NCBI GenBank assembly: GCA_964035575.1
Contig: OZ037847.1
Span: 1,054,001 to 1,118,000, forward strand
Direction of reading: 5' to 3'
Source: Rhynchopus sp. YZ270_cl-10
Taxonomy: Eukaryota
DNA: 64,000 bases
Below, piece by piece: positions 44,839 through 56,591 of the stretch. The notes below the pieces were generated by a model. It searched no databases. It was given only the letters and a program-made list of their open reading frames with translations, and was not told the origin of the DNA. Positions within the stretch are counted from its first letter, which is position 1. Every line of letters starts with the position of its first letter. A program made the position numbers and the translations under genes.

Positions 44839-46542
44839 ATGTCTGCAGAAACTGACGAACCATTCACGTTAGAGCCAGAGGCCTCAGCTGGGCCCGACAC
44901 GGATGAACCAATCACTGCAGAGACGGAGGCACCTGACACTCCAGAGCCTACCTTCGCGAATGCAACCGATAGTGGTGGTGGTGGAGGGTCCATGGCGGTT
45001 CCTTTAGCATTGTCTGCTGTGATTCTTGTATGCATCATTGTGGTTGCTGTGTTGATTAAGACACGGAGGATTGGGGTAGTGAAGAGGCAGACGTACAAGG
45101 CAGCGGCTAAGGTAAAGGAGACGGCAGTTTCTGCAGGGCGGAAGGTGCGTCGTACAGTGAAGAGGTCGGACAAAGCAACCCCAACGCCGGCCTCCCCAAA
45201 CAACACAATTTTGCGGGATTCTGAGCTGCAAAACATCTCTTCCACGGTGGACCAATCAGAGGAACCGCTCCTCGCATGCCCATCGTTGTTAGAGCATGAG
45301 CTCGGTGGGGTCCGCGCTGCCTCAAAATTCCTCCCAGAAACGCCCCTGGACGACACTATCTTGGACAGTCTCTTTGAACTGCAAAGGCTGCTTGCAGCGC
45401 TCCCCTCTGTGCCCCCAACCCCGCGGGAGGTGACCGATACAAACACTGTGTCGCAGGCAAATTTGCGGATTCTGCGAGAACAGGCCGGGGGTGTTGAGAC
45501 ACCACCACCACCCACTCCTAGCGCATCCCCTACGTCTCGCACTGTCACCCCCACCCACACCCCACGGCAAAAACGGCGAAAACGATTTGAATTTTGCCCT
45601 CCAGAGCAGGAGGTGGGTGTGTTGGACCAGATTTTGATTGATATTGGACGGGGTGGACCGGGGACACCTGTAGGGGTAGCACATACACACCCGCAGACAA
45701 CATTGCTTCAAGCACATCGCGATTCCAGAAAGCTGAATAGAAAGATCGGAGAGGCACGGATCCGAGCAGACGCTAATCACCGTGTCCTCTCGATCAACAT
45801 CCCTGCACAGCTGAAATGCGCCAGCAGCTCACACGCACTGTGCAGAGACCCAGGGGTTCTCGATGTCTACGAGACAGAAGGCACGCTTCTCGACGAGATG
45901 ATCGAAAACCTCAACTTCCCCGACACCGCAACCTCTCCGTCACCTTTAGACGTCCTCGCTATTCTCACACGACAACTCGCAAAAAACAGCATCCACCCCG
46001 CCATCATCCAACTCTGTGTCTTCCTTTATGTATCACCCTCCTACGTCATAGATCAATGTCTAGGTTGGGGTGACGCTGTGCGTGGTATAGTACACAACAA
46101 ACCGGTTCATTTGCAATGGCATTTTTGGCCAAAATTGGTGACTTTATTGTCAGCATATGCTTTGAAGCAGGGGGATGTGCCGATGGGGTTTACAGCGGAT
46201 ATGTCGGGATGTGATGTGAAGAAGGGGGACTGTCTTTGTCTTCCTGGGTTAACGTTGTGCGCGGCGGAGAACGGTGTTGCTGTGGGGATGACGTTCAGCT
46301 CCCCGGCGTACATCCTGGTGGGAAGTGATCTGGCGTTGATACCGCCGCTCTCACTGCTCAGGGTGATGGAGGTGAAGCAGGCCTCGTGTAGCGCAGTGTG
46401 CACTGTCCTCCCTATGTCACCCCTAACAAAGGATGCATTGCTTCAAATTGACGGCCAAAATGCAAAGCTAGAAGCGGCAGCGCATATGCTAGAAAAACGC
46501 TTTGTCAAACAAAAAGGCGCCTATATGAATCTATTTTTGTAA
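44839..46542 (+). CDS. Single-pass membrane protein with a possible degenerate ADP-ribosyltransferase-like C-terminal domain
   Basis: Acidic T/E/P-rich N-terminus, TM helix VPLALSAVILVCIIVVAVLI followed by a basic stop-transfer patch. C-terminal LALIPPLSLLRVMEV resembles the ART ExEVLLPP strand (weak). Confidence 0.7.
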   Translation: MSAETDEPFTLEPEASAGPDTDEPITAETEAPDTPEPTFANATDSGGGGGSMAVPLALSAVILVCIIVVAVLIKTRRIGVVKRQTYKAAAKVKETAVSAGRKVRRTVKRSDKATPTPASPNNTILRDSELQNISSTVDQSEEPLLACPSLLEHELGGVRAASKFLPETPLDDTILDSLFELQRLLAALPSVPPTPREVTDTNTVSQANLRILREQAGGVETPPPPTPSASPTSRTVTPTHTPRQKRRKRFEFCPPEQEVGVLDQILIDIGRGGPGTPVGVAHTHPQTTLLQAHRDSRKLNRKIGEARIRADANHRVLSINIPAQLKCASSSHALCRDPGVLDVYETEGTLLDEMIENLNFPDTATSPSPLDVLAILTRQLAKNSIHPAIIQLCVFLYVSPSYVIDQCLGWGDAVRGIVHNKPVHLQWHFWPKLVTLLSAYALKQGDVPMGFTADMSGCDVKKGDCLCLPGLTLCAAENGVAVGMTFSSPAYILVGSDLALIPPLSLLRVMEVKQASCSAVCTVLPMSPLTKDALLQIDGQNAKLEAAAHMLEKRFVKQKGAYMNLFL

Positions 46543-46700
46543 AGAATTGGTGATGTTTTGCAAAATTTAGGGGGGGGGAAATTCCTTCATGTTTTTCGCC
46601 GTTTTTTTGATAGAAATTCTCGAAAAGGAGAGGGTTTTAGTGTCATTCTACGTTTTGGGATGTTTTTTTTCGGACCCTCCGTTCGGGAGAGGGGTTACTT

Positions 46701-46736
46701 TAAGGTGGCTGAACACAGAAGCTTAGGTTCATCTTA
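46701..46736 (+). repeat. Hairpin family A copy
   Basis: taaggtggctgaacacagaagcttaggttcatctta. Confidence 0.75.
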
Positions 46737-48123
46737 CAAGCTTTTCTCTGGGTGTTTTTTTCTCTCTCCAGCGCGGTTCGCTTCTATTGCTCCCAGGGTT
46801 GGGGTAAGCACCATTTTTCCGCTCAGTTATTGTGTGCTGAAGGCTGCATGCATTTTCTTCCATTATTTTTAGTGCCATTTTTACGTACCCGTTTTTTTTT
46901 CTTACAGATGTGCGTGTCTAGTTCATCATTTATTGTTGGGGACTCTTTTTGCTTTATTTTAGTTTCCTGTATTCTGTGTCAATTCGCAGCGGATGGGCTT
47001 TCATTTGCCCATTTTTTCTTCTCACCCCCCTCCACCGCACCCCCCTCAAAAGCTTCTTTTGAGCCGTAGACGAAATAATCTCGCACTATCTGTGCGCAAC
47101 AAAAGAAAGTGCTCTTATTATTTTTGCAAATCATACGTTTTTCCTCTAAGGGCTTGGGGTCATTTTTACCAACGTTTTTTTTTCGCCCTTATTTTTGGAA
47201 GGCCGGAAAACATCATTAAGATTGTGGCTGGGACATTACCGGAATCTCTCATCATTGCAGGCAGCCAATGAGGGGAACACTGTAAAACCTCAACCACTTC
47301 AACTACTGCCATCAGGCAACCCACGTTGCTCACCCTGACGTACCACCTCAGCACTACGTCCGAAGCACGCGTACAGCAACCTCACCGCGACAGCAGCCAC
47401 AGCCGAGGGTGGCACTGGCGTTCTCCTCTCTCTCTCTCTGCCCCCCTTCCCCTTCCCCTTCATCCTCTGTCTTCCCCTTCAGCACCTTGAACGCAGACAC
47501 ATCCCTGCCGCCTTTGTATTGAATAACCTCCGCAAGCGCCTGCTGGTCTGCCTTATTCGTGGGGTTGGCCTCGGTCACGACCTGAACCACCTCTTGCCAT
47601 GTGTTCACCTCAGCCACGCGCAACCCCCCAGAAACATCCACACCGCTGCAACCTGTCGGACTTTCTTGTAGCAGTCCTGTTGGCGCAGATGCTTCGTCTA
47701 ATAATACAGAGAATGGATGTGAGTAAGAGAACAACAACTGCCGACGTCACAGTCGTAAAGCTCAGGCATTCGCGTCTGTTCCTTTTCTGTTTGCTCCTAT
47801 TCTCTATTTCCTTCACCTTCTCGATTTTCTAATAGTCTGTCATCTTGTGAAAGAAGGTTGTTATCAGAGAGGGTTTTACATTCCGCTTCTTGGGGTGCAT
47901 TTTAAATAGTAAACCCCACTCGGCTTCTGCGCAATTCTCTGCTCCCAATTTTTTTATGTGTAAATTCGTGGGGAGAAATCTATAGATAGCAGGAAAATGC
48001 TGACACTTTACCGTCCCTGCTCCTAAGCAATTTGGCTTGAGGCACTTTATTTTGGGGAATAAAACTCATTTTTCACTCCACAGCCCCTCTCCACCCCACT
48101 ACACTGGGGTCACAAAGGAGACG

Positions 48124-49938
48124 ATGAAGCGGGGATGGGAGTCGGTGGAGGGTGATGGAGAGCAGATGCCACCTGTGAGTAGGCCTGCGCCGTTTGATCC
48201 TTTTATGGCGAGTTTGCGTGCAGAGGCGGATTTGAGGGAGGCTGCGGGGATTCCGTTTGGGGGAGAACACATGTTGACGGGACGAGGAGTACAGCTGAAG
48301 CAGCAAGCTGATCAACATCCGCACCAACATCAACACCAACGCCACCACCAGCAGCAAGGGCATCAGCAACATCAGCATAGTCAGCTGCAATTACAGCATC
48401 AGCAATATCAACAGCAACAGCAACTCCAGCAGCAGCAGCAGCAACAACAAGAACAACAACAACAACACCAGCAACAACAGCCCGCCTCCGCACCCCCACC
48501 CACAACGGAACGCAAGACCGCCACCGACCCATACCGCCCACGCAGCACCGTGCTCCACACAACAGACCCAACCGCCTCAAGGCTCCCCGCCTTCCCCCCT
48601 CTGCCCGCAGGACCACGCCCCGCAGCAGACAAGACAAAGCTTCTCCCAGACTTCGCCCGACCTAGCAAGACGGAGCCTACGACGGAAGACATTGAAGAGC
48701 CTTTCGTGCTTCCGCCGTACGACCCTCACAAGCCTGCACAGAAGAATGGACGGAAAGCAATGTTGCATTCAGAGAAGTCCACTGTTCATGTGGCGAACCT
48801 GCCTGTTGGGAGGATGTCCGAGCGGCAGCTTATCAAGCTGTTTTCGCCGTACGGTCCGATCAGTAGTATTGACGTGGATGAGCCGGTGACACCACCACCG
48901 ACCGCTGTGGCTGCATCGTCGCCCCCAGCAACGTGCGAAGCCTTTGTCACCTTCCTCGAAGCATGCGATGCAGACACTGCAGCGCATGCCTTCAACAACC
49001 ACAGTCTTTCCAGATCCAAACTCGATGCGACATTAACTGGAGGGTTTCCTAAGGACGGAACTATCCTTCACGTTCGCCCAGAGCATGCAGGGGGCGCGGT
49101 GAAGTCTGCTGCAAACATTGTACATCAAATTGAACGCATTCACGATGGATACAAAGCACCGTTAACTGCGGTTGATGTTGGACTATGCGCGGCGAAGTTG
49201 TCTGCGAGGGAACGTGCTTTGATAGACACTGTGGCACTATATGTGGTGGAGCACGGTGCTGCCTTTGAACAGGCTTTACAGTGCCGGGAGGCAGCGAACC
49301 CTGCATTCAATTTTTTACGCGACTTTTCTTCCAGAGGCACACGACCGACCCTGACGGCATCATACCATGCAGGTCATATGTACTATATGTGGCGCGTCTA
49401 CTCCATCCTCCAAGGAGATACTCTTGAGGACTGGCGGCTTCAACCTTTTCAGATGTGGGAGCATGGACCCCTCTGGACACCGCCACCTCTGCTTTGTGCT
49501 GATTTGCATGCACAGGATGTTTTGCTGGATGAAGAGAAGCTTGCGATCAGAGCGCTCCTACGCAGTGCAGATGGGACAAAACATTCGACCGGAGAGGTTA
49601 TGGTGTGGTGTGTGGACCACGCAAGCTGTGCGCCAGAGGTAGTGGCAGAGATTGAGGCTGTGGTGACAGAGAGCACAGCATTGACGATGTTGTACATCAT
49701 ATCCGACATTCTGTACAACGCCATGTACTGCACCCGTGTAAAGCTCGCACAGCGTTACAAAGCCGCCTTTGCGCCAGCACTTCCCAGAATATTCAAAACC
49801 CTCAAACCACATCTCCAAGCGGACCGTATGTTCGTTATGGACGTTGAGAGGGTGCTTGCCGCATGGGCTGCGTGGAATGTGTTCACCTCCTCGCATCTGC
49901 TCACCCTACGGAGAAATGCGGGGCTCTGCTCTCTATGA
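48124..49938 (+). CDS. U2SURP: U2 snRNP-associated SURP motif protein-like (poly-Q, RRM, SURP, CID)
   Basis: RRM (VHVANLP...LFSPYGPISSI...AFVTF), SURP (LIDTVALYVVEHGAAFEQ...NPAFNFL...HMYYMWRVYSILQGD..W...PFQM....W.PP) and CID (LYIISDILYN...VERVLAAWAAWNVF). Confidence 0.85.
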   Translation: MKRGWESVEGDGEQMPPVSRPAPFDPFMASLRAEADLREAAGIPFGGEHMLTGRGVQLKQQADQHPHQHQHQRHHQQQGHQQHQHSQLQLQHQQYQQQQQLQQQQQQQQEQQQQHQQQQPASAPPPTTERKTATDPYRPRSTVLHTTDPTASRLPAFPPLPAGPRPAADKTKLLPDFARPSKTEPTTEDIEEPFVLPPYDPHKPAQKNGRKAMLHSEKSTVHVANLPVGRMSERQLIKLFSPYGPISSIDVDEPVTPPPTAVAASSPPATCEAFVTFLEACDADTAAHAFNNHSLSRSKLDATLTGGFPKDGTILHVRPEHAGGAVKSAANIVHQIERIHDGYKAPLTAVDVGLCAAKLSARERALIDTVALYVVEHGAAFEQALQCREAANPAFNFLRDFSSRGTRPTLTASYHAGHMYYMWRVYSILQGDTLEDWRLQPFQMWEHGPLWTPPPLLCADLHAQDVLLDEEKLAIRALLRSADGTKHSTGEVMVWCVDHASCAPEVVAEIEAVVTESTALTMLYIISDILYNAMYCTRVKLAQRYKAAFAPALPRIFKTLKPHLQADRMFVMDVERVLAAWAAWNVFTSSHLLTLRRNAGLCSL

Positions 49939-50325
49939 AGGCCTTCTTATCAACGATGAACACTTCTATTTTCCCATACACTTTTTTTTCTGTTTGATAA
50001 ACGAAAGAGAAGTAGAGTAGTCTTTTATTTAAAAAAAACCCCTCGAAAAAAAACATCCACAACACTCCAGAGACTACACAATAACCAATACAAAAAAAAT
50101 TCTAAGTATTCGCCAATTAGAAGGAGAAAAAAACCGCAGTCTAGCTGACTCCCCCCCCTCCCTTAACACCTTAACAATGAGCACCGCACACCGATAAAAT
50201 CATCGTTGCTTTTTTGGCGCCTTCCCTCTTTTTGAGTTCCTTCTTCTCTTTCTTCCCCTTCTTTTCGTTCGAAGTAGCTAACGCTTTTCCCGCTTTAGGT
50301 TTTTAGTTGCAGAGTGTTCTGCAAG

Positions 50326-51418
50326 ATGGGGTTGTTAGAGTTTCTGAAAGGTCTGCGAAAAACCGATAAGGAAGCGAGACTTCTTGTACTTGGTCTGGAC
50401 AATGCAGGGAAGACGTCCTGTCTGAAGCGTCTTTCAGATGAAAATATGGAGACCGTGATGCCAACAAAGGGCTTCAACATCAAGTCACTATCGCAGGCAG
50501 GGTTCAAGCTCAATGTGTGGGACATAGGGGGGCAGATCAGCATACGGCCGTACTGGCGCAACTACTTCCAGGAGACAGACGCTGTTCTCTACGTGGTGGA
50601 CAGTGCGGACCTCAGACGCCTTGAGGAGACCGGGCTAGAACTCTCACTCCTTCTTGAGGAGGCAAAGCTCGCTAGGTGTGTAGTTCGTCTCAAAGAAAAG
50701 TTTATAAGATGACATAAAAAAAAGAAGACATTTTTTACGATAGTGGGAAAAAGGGATGGGTGTGAGGGGTGCATGTGTCAAGTTTTTCTTTTTTCAGGTG
50801 CGCTTGTCATGAGAGGGCGTATTTTAATTTTTCTGGTGTTTGTATCTTTAACTTCTCTTTTGTTCACAGATGCCCCCTGCTCGTCTTTGCGAACAAGCAG
50901 GATCTCATAAACGCACTTCCTTCAGACGACATATCCGATGCGTTAAAGCTGCCCACTCTTCGCGACCGTGCGTGGAAAATTCAGGTATAGATAGAAACCT
51001 TGTGTATTGCTGGAAGCGATCAATGCATCGCAGGTGTATCCCCCATTTTCAGGTAGGGAATGAGATCGGGTTGGGACTGCATAATATTTAGATTAACGCT
51101 TTGCATGGCAAACGCTGGAAAGGCGAAGAAAAGACATCATCCACCATAAGGGAAAAATCACTGTTTTTTTGGGCCTGGTCTCTTTCCCTCGTACGTCATA
51201 ATAAGTAACCCCTTCCTCACATTTTGTCACTGAGTAGGTTTCTTGGGTTTGAGTGCAACGGGCCACTCTGCTTCACATACAGGCTATTCCTTTTAATATA
51301 CATCTGATCTCACCCACATCCACATCCACATCCACAGGCATGCTCCGCAAAAACCGGAGAGGGCCTCTCAGAAGGCATGGAATGGATTATCCGTGCCCTC
51401 GATGCACCAGCTGCGTGA
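50326..51418 (+). CDS. ARL3: ADP-ribosylation factor-like GTPase 3; exons 50326..50675, 50870..50984, 51338..51418 (181 aa)
   Basis: [55 protein letters not shown] and [18 protein letters not shown]. Both introns are GT-AG and in frame. Confidence 0.95.
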
Positions 51419-52499
51419 CGCAAGGCTTGCAGGGGGTTTTCCTCCCCTCTTTTGGGAGCAATACACATCCCACATCGTGTTGACTGAAAATCACTCTTTT
51501 AGACCTTTTTCTACACAATGGGCGGGGGCAGGGTGGGGTGGGTGGGTGGTAACAAGACTGGGGTATCAGCTAAGCACTACCGTGCAGATGAGTTATATAT
51601 TTTTAAGGAAAGCTTCGTAGGTCTGTCCCCCCCCTTCACGAAATGCAGAGAGGCATTCCCACTTAAAACATACCTTTTCCCCATTTTACGTCCCTTGGTG
51701 CGCAGTGCATCCGGCTCTCTTCAAATAAGGGGAGGGAGGTCGTACTGTTTCACTTATTGGTTCTCTCTCTCATTTTTTAGTCGTATTTGGGCTTTGTCTT
51801 GTAAGATGTGTGTCGCCTATTAGTTCTATCAAGTTTTCTATTTACATGATTCGTTTCGGGTGGCTTAACAGCGAGGCTGGAATTATGTGAAAGAAAAAAT
51901 TTTTTTGATGTGTTTGATAACTAATAGGGGCTAATTCTTGCGCAGAATAAGGTCCCAAAATTGATGTGTGTACGCACGAAAGACACATTTTTAAAGTTTT
52001 TGTTGCTTTTTTCTGAAAAGGTGTCAATTTGCATGCAACTAACACACCCTTTCAAATGCTTCGACAACAAAAAAAACAAAACAAAACAAAGACAAAAACA
52101 TTGGCCAAATCAGTTAAAACACGACTATGACAAATAATGACAAAATGTAAGTTTTCTCTTCCCTTAAAGAATTGGAGACAATAACATAAAAACTACAAAA
52201 AAAGTGGACAGGAAGGGAGAGTGATGTTCATGCCCCATACTGGACTCCAATTTCAGGTCCTCGAGTATCAGAAAAGGGCTCACACTCTCTCTCTCTCTCC
52301 CTTCCCTCCCTTTCTCCGCCCAATATCTACCCACTTTTTTTTTCAAACTTCACTTTTTTTCTCCGCAACAAGACACAATAAAAGAGCATCTCCCCCACTA
52401 CCACACTCCTTTCTCCCCTCCCCATCCCCTCCGTCAATCACCCCCCTCCCTTCACATAGGAATTAGGAATGTATTTATTGTAAAAGGAACAAAAAAAAA

Positions 52500-53969
52500 A
52501 TGGTGAAAAGACTTCGCAAATCGCCGATAGGCTTTCCGTCTCCGGTGGACCTAGGCGCTGCGATGTATACTGCACTGCGTCATAGAGCTCGGGAGGCATA
52601 CACGGAGTACCAGGAAGCGAAAGCTGCGCACATGCCGGCAGAGCTGAGCGAAGAAGAGCTTGCGGAGCAGGACCTGGTTCGCGATTTGATGAACAGAGAG
52701 TCGGTGCGGAGACACAAAAACGAGATGGAGGGACTGCCTATCACGTACCACAGTGGGTATGGCGTGGATAAGGCAACGGTACAGGCTATGCCGTTCACCA
52801 CTCTCCTTGGCACTAATATGCAGGTTTCCAGGTTGTCCATGGGATTAGGCGCGGGATCAGGCTCATATGGGCATACATCTCGGAAAGAGGCTATTGAAGC
52901 AGTGCAGAAGGCTTATGAGCTTGGTGTAAACTACTTTGATACGTCTCCGATGTTCGGCTATGACAGAGACGGCGAGAAGATTCTTGCAGAAGCGCTGAAG
53001 GGCATTCCGCGTGAGTCATACTATGTGTCCACGAAGGTGGGGCGATACCTTGTGGAGGTGGATGATCATGTATTGGGCGGGAAGCGGTGGCGTACGGAGC
53101 ACGACTATGAGTCGCCCCGCGCAACGAAGTCTATCCTTCGTAGCATGGAGACGATGAATGTGGACTACATTGATCTGGTTTATATTCAGGATCCACATTT
53201 TGCGCCTTCCTTCGGGATCGTCAAGACCGGCACCTCGAATGCGTTGGAGGTCGCAAAGCATGAGGGTTATGTGCGTTTTGGTGGTATGAGTGGCTACGAC
53301 ATGAAGGTGATGTCTACCATGGCAAAGCTAGGGGTGTCGCGCAAGCATCACCACGGAGAGCGCTACATCTGCGAGGTGGCGCAGGTCAACTCACGCTACA
53401 ACATGGTAGACACCTCGCTCACATCCACCACCGCAATTCCCTTTCGTTTCATCGAGCACTGCACGAACCGAGGCATCGGGATTGTCAACGCAGCACCTCT
53501 CGCGATGGGGTTGCTCACACCCCAAGGACCCCCTGTGTGGCACTCTGCCGGAGAGGGGGTGCGGAAAGCGTGCAGGGACGTGGTGGAACGTTGTCAAAGC
53601 GAAGGTGTGGATGTGACACGGATTGCGATGCACTACGCATTCGGGTCGGAGTGGGTGGGGTCGCATTTGGTAGGACTCCGTAATGTGGACCAGGTGACCA
53701 ACGCTGTTTCTACCATGACGTCAAAAATAACAGAGACAGAAGCGGCCTGTCTCAACTGGGGGCTCATGAGACTTGACGAACTGGATGTCCGCTGGTGGCA
53801 AGAAAAGGACGCAATTATCACCGGTGAAGGGTACCTGACAGAGGACGCAACACTGAAACAGCACTATGACGACAAAGGCCTCCAACGATCCGGACGCATC
53901 TTTTTCCCGGGCACCCTCCAGAACACCTACCACGACAAGCCCACTGGGGGTATCGGAGAGACTGTTTAA
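52500..53969 (+). CDS. Aldo-keto reductase family protein (L-galactose/D-arabinose dehydrogenase-like) with N-terminal extension
   Basis: LGTNMQVSRLSMG, AYELGVNYFDTSP, EKILAEAL..IPRESYYVSTKVGRY, DYIDL, GYVRFGGMSGY and GIVNAAPLAMGLLTPQGPP.WH. Confidence 0.9.
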   Translation: MVKRLRKSPIGFPSPVDLGAAMYTALRHRAREAYTEYQEAKAAHMPAELSEEELAEQDLVRDLMNRESVRRHKNEMEGLPITYHSGYGVDKATVQAMPFTTLLGTNMQVSRLSMGLGAGSGSYGHTSRKEAIEAVQKAYELGVNYFDTSPMFGYDRDGEKILAEALKGIPRESYYVSTKVGRYLVEVDDHVLGGKRWRTEHDYESPRATKSILRSMETMNVDYIDLVYIQDPHFAPSFGIVKTGTSNALEVAKHEGYVRFGGMSGYDMKVMSTMAKLGVSRKHHHGERYICEVAQVNSRYNMVDTSLTSTTAIPFRFIEHCTNRGIGIVNAAPLAMGLLTPQGPPVWHSAGEGVRKACRDVVERCQSEGVDVTRIAMHYAFGSEWVGSHLVGLRNVDQVTNAVSTMTSKITETEAACLNWGLMRLDELDVRWWQEKDAIITGEGYLTEDATLKQHYDDKGLQRSGRIFFPGTLQNTYHDKPTGGIGETV

Positions 53970-54096
53970 TCTGGCTTGTGCATGTGAGGTTGGGACCCTT
54001 TGGGACAAAAATCATGACCTCAAGCCCTGTTTTTTATCCGCACCCGAACACCACCATTTTTCCCCCCAGCAGGAGTCAAAGAACACACACTAAACA

Positions 54097-56329
54097 ATGC
54101 TCTCCGGAAGAGCTGCGAGAAGCCTTGAAATGGCGATGAAAATACGGAAAAGAAAGCAGCTCTCGGGCACGCGCCACCACTCCTCCTCGGCACTGCAGGC
54201 GAAGGCGATAATAGACGCCTATTTCAACATCTCCGAGAAATGGGCGGATCCGTGGTCCCCTTGCCTCACAGACCACCCCCCTTCACCCCGTGAACTCGAG
54301 CCAACGGTGGACTGGTCGGTCGCAGGGGATTTTGTTGTCACGAAATGCCAGGAGCTCCTAATGCCCCCCGAACATTTCAACCGTGCCATGGCAGTGCGGA
54401 ACGAGCTGGAGGCGTGTCTGCAGGAGGTGTGTCTTCTTGATCCTTTCGATGTGGCGTCAACCATCAGTTTTTATTAGATGTGTACGCGTTACGCAATACC
54501 AGGTTCCTTTTACTGAGATTCGGCGTGGCGTGATTTTACCCCACAGTTTTGAGTTCCTTGTGCCTTACACTTTACACTTCGCATGTTACCCAAAAAACAC
54601 CACAGGAGATGCCAAACGACAACCTGAAGCTGTTCACATTTGGTTCGTGCATGAGTGGGCTAGGCACCGCCACGTCAGATCTGGACACTGTCATCATGCG
54701 GTACGACTCAAATGGGTGGTCGCTGAACCCGACCAGCCGAGATGTATGGTTGTTTGCCTTTTTTTCTCCCGGTGCACCGGTCCTGTACCAAGTCCTCCGG
54801 ATTTTGGGGAAGATTTTGGCCGAAAATAGGCCCCACCTATAAGTAACTGAGCTCATATTTTCCAAAGTTGAAGTCAAAAAATTGTCCAATTTTCAACATC
54901 GGCCCCACCACTGCGCGGAGGAACCCAAAAATGCAAATAAGGGCTCTTTTGTGGGAATCACTTGTTTTTTTTTTTTTGTCAGCCCCATTGTTTCCTCAAA
55001 TCCATTGGGTACGTTTATTAACGAGGTTTGCACTCAGCCCCTTTGCTTTCCCTGCCAAATGAAGTCAGGGAGGTTACAGGCATGGTAGTCACACCATTTC
55101 AACAACGTAGCACAACCCAACACAACACATCAAACCACAGGAGCAAACAAAGCACCTGAAAGACTACCACAACCTGCTTTCACGGCGAGGGTTCACAAAC
55201 CTCAAACACATCCCTGCGAAGGTGCCCATCCTCAGGCGTGAATCACCCGAGCGAGATGGGGAGGTCAACTTTGATATCTGTCTCTTCTTCCACGGTGTGC
55301 GGAATAGCTTGCAGCTCCGCGAATACGCGAGGGTATGAACCGCGCCCCCTTGAACCTAAATAGCGAGAAAAACCCCGGCATTTTTCATCTAATCGGTGCA
55401 CAATTTTTACTCTATTTAAGGTAACTGTTGAGCGACATCTTACAAACTTTATGAAATCAACTCCCGAACGTGGGTGACGTACAGCGAAACTGTCTTTTGA
55501 AAACTCCCAATGCAACCTCTACAGTCATGTCCGTTCTTCATGCCGATGTCGATTGTGCTGCGTGAATGGGGGAAGAGCATGGGAATATTGAACTCCGTGA
55601 ACAGCTTCCTGACACCGTACTGCCTGAACGTGATGCTGATCAACTACCTCGTGCGGGAGGTGTCTCCGTCGTACTTAGTGCCTGTGCCGCCGCTGGTGCC
55701 GCCGTCGTACTACCCGACAGCACCCTCGCAGTATCTGCCGCCGCCTAGGGAGATGCAACGGCGAGAGAAGAAGTTTGTGAAGGACCTGGGGCTGCATGTG
55801 GCAGGGTTCCTCCGGTACTACGCGTGCCTGACGTACTCGGACAAGGTCATCAGTGCGGTCAACCCGCTGAATGACAGCAGAGCGGACTCCGTGCTCTGGG
55901 AACAAAACTCAACCGACCTTGTTATTGAGGAGATGTTTGCACAACAGGACCAGTCGCTTCCCATTCCTAATATGGGCCACAAGGTAGTGTTCATTCTATT
56001 TTTTCACCTGCGTCTGATGTGCTGACGTTTATACTTTTCTCTTCTCTTTTTTTCACCCTTCCCCCTAACACGGCACCGTGAGACTTAGCCACACTATGTT
56101 CGATACCATATACCGGGATTATCAACTTTTTGAAAAATCGACTGATGCCACGCCCCCTTTTTGTCCACAGGTCGACGCACTCCGCTTGTTGGCCATCAGA
56201 GAGAAGATGTTCTACGCATACCTCCACCTCGTGAAGAATGGCTATCTCCCTGCAGACCCCGAGCACGACTCCTCTGGAGCGTGGGACCCGTTCCAAGTAC
56301 GGGTCAAACCCCCAGTAATGGTGGCATAG
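54097..56329 (+). CDS. Terminal uridylyltransferase / non-canonical poly(A) polymerase, trypanosomal TUT4-like; exons 54097..54426, 54606..54743, 55141..55332, 55525..55983, 56171..56329 (about 425 aa)
   Basis: Four phase-0 GT-AG introns. Pol-beta motif LFTFGS...SDLD, AKVPIL, third Asp in VNFDI, GVRNS..LREY, LREWGK..G, LTPYCLNVMLINYL, LG..V..FL.YY, VIS and N.G..V. Confidence 0.85.
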
Positions 56330-56591
56330 ACACAACCCCCGTCCCCACCCCCCCTGCACCCCCCAACCCCGCCGGTCCTAAGCCTCGTACAGTGCAGGCT
56401 TTTTTGTCCTTGCGGAACGCTGAAACGGGCCTGATGGCCTTTCATTGAAGGGGTATATGGGGGGGAGGGTTTTTTGCTATCCAGAACAAAACACACGACA
56501 CACATATTAGAAGTAAAAAAACGAGCAAAACTGTGTTTTAATTATTTCCTCTCCTCCGACACATATTTTTCAGCGGGGGAAAAAAAAAAAA

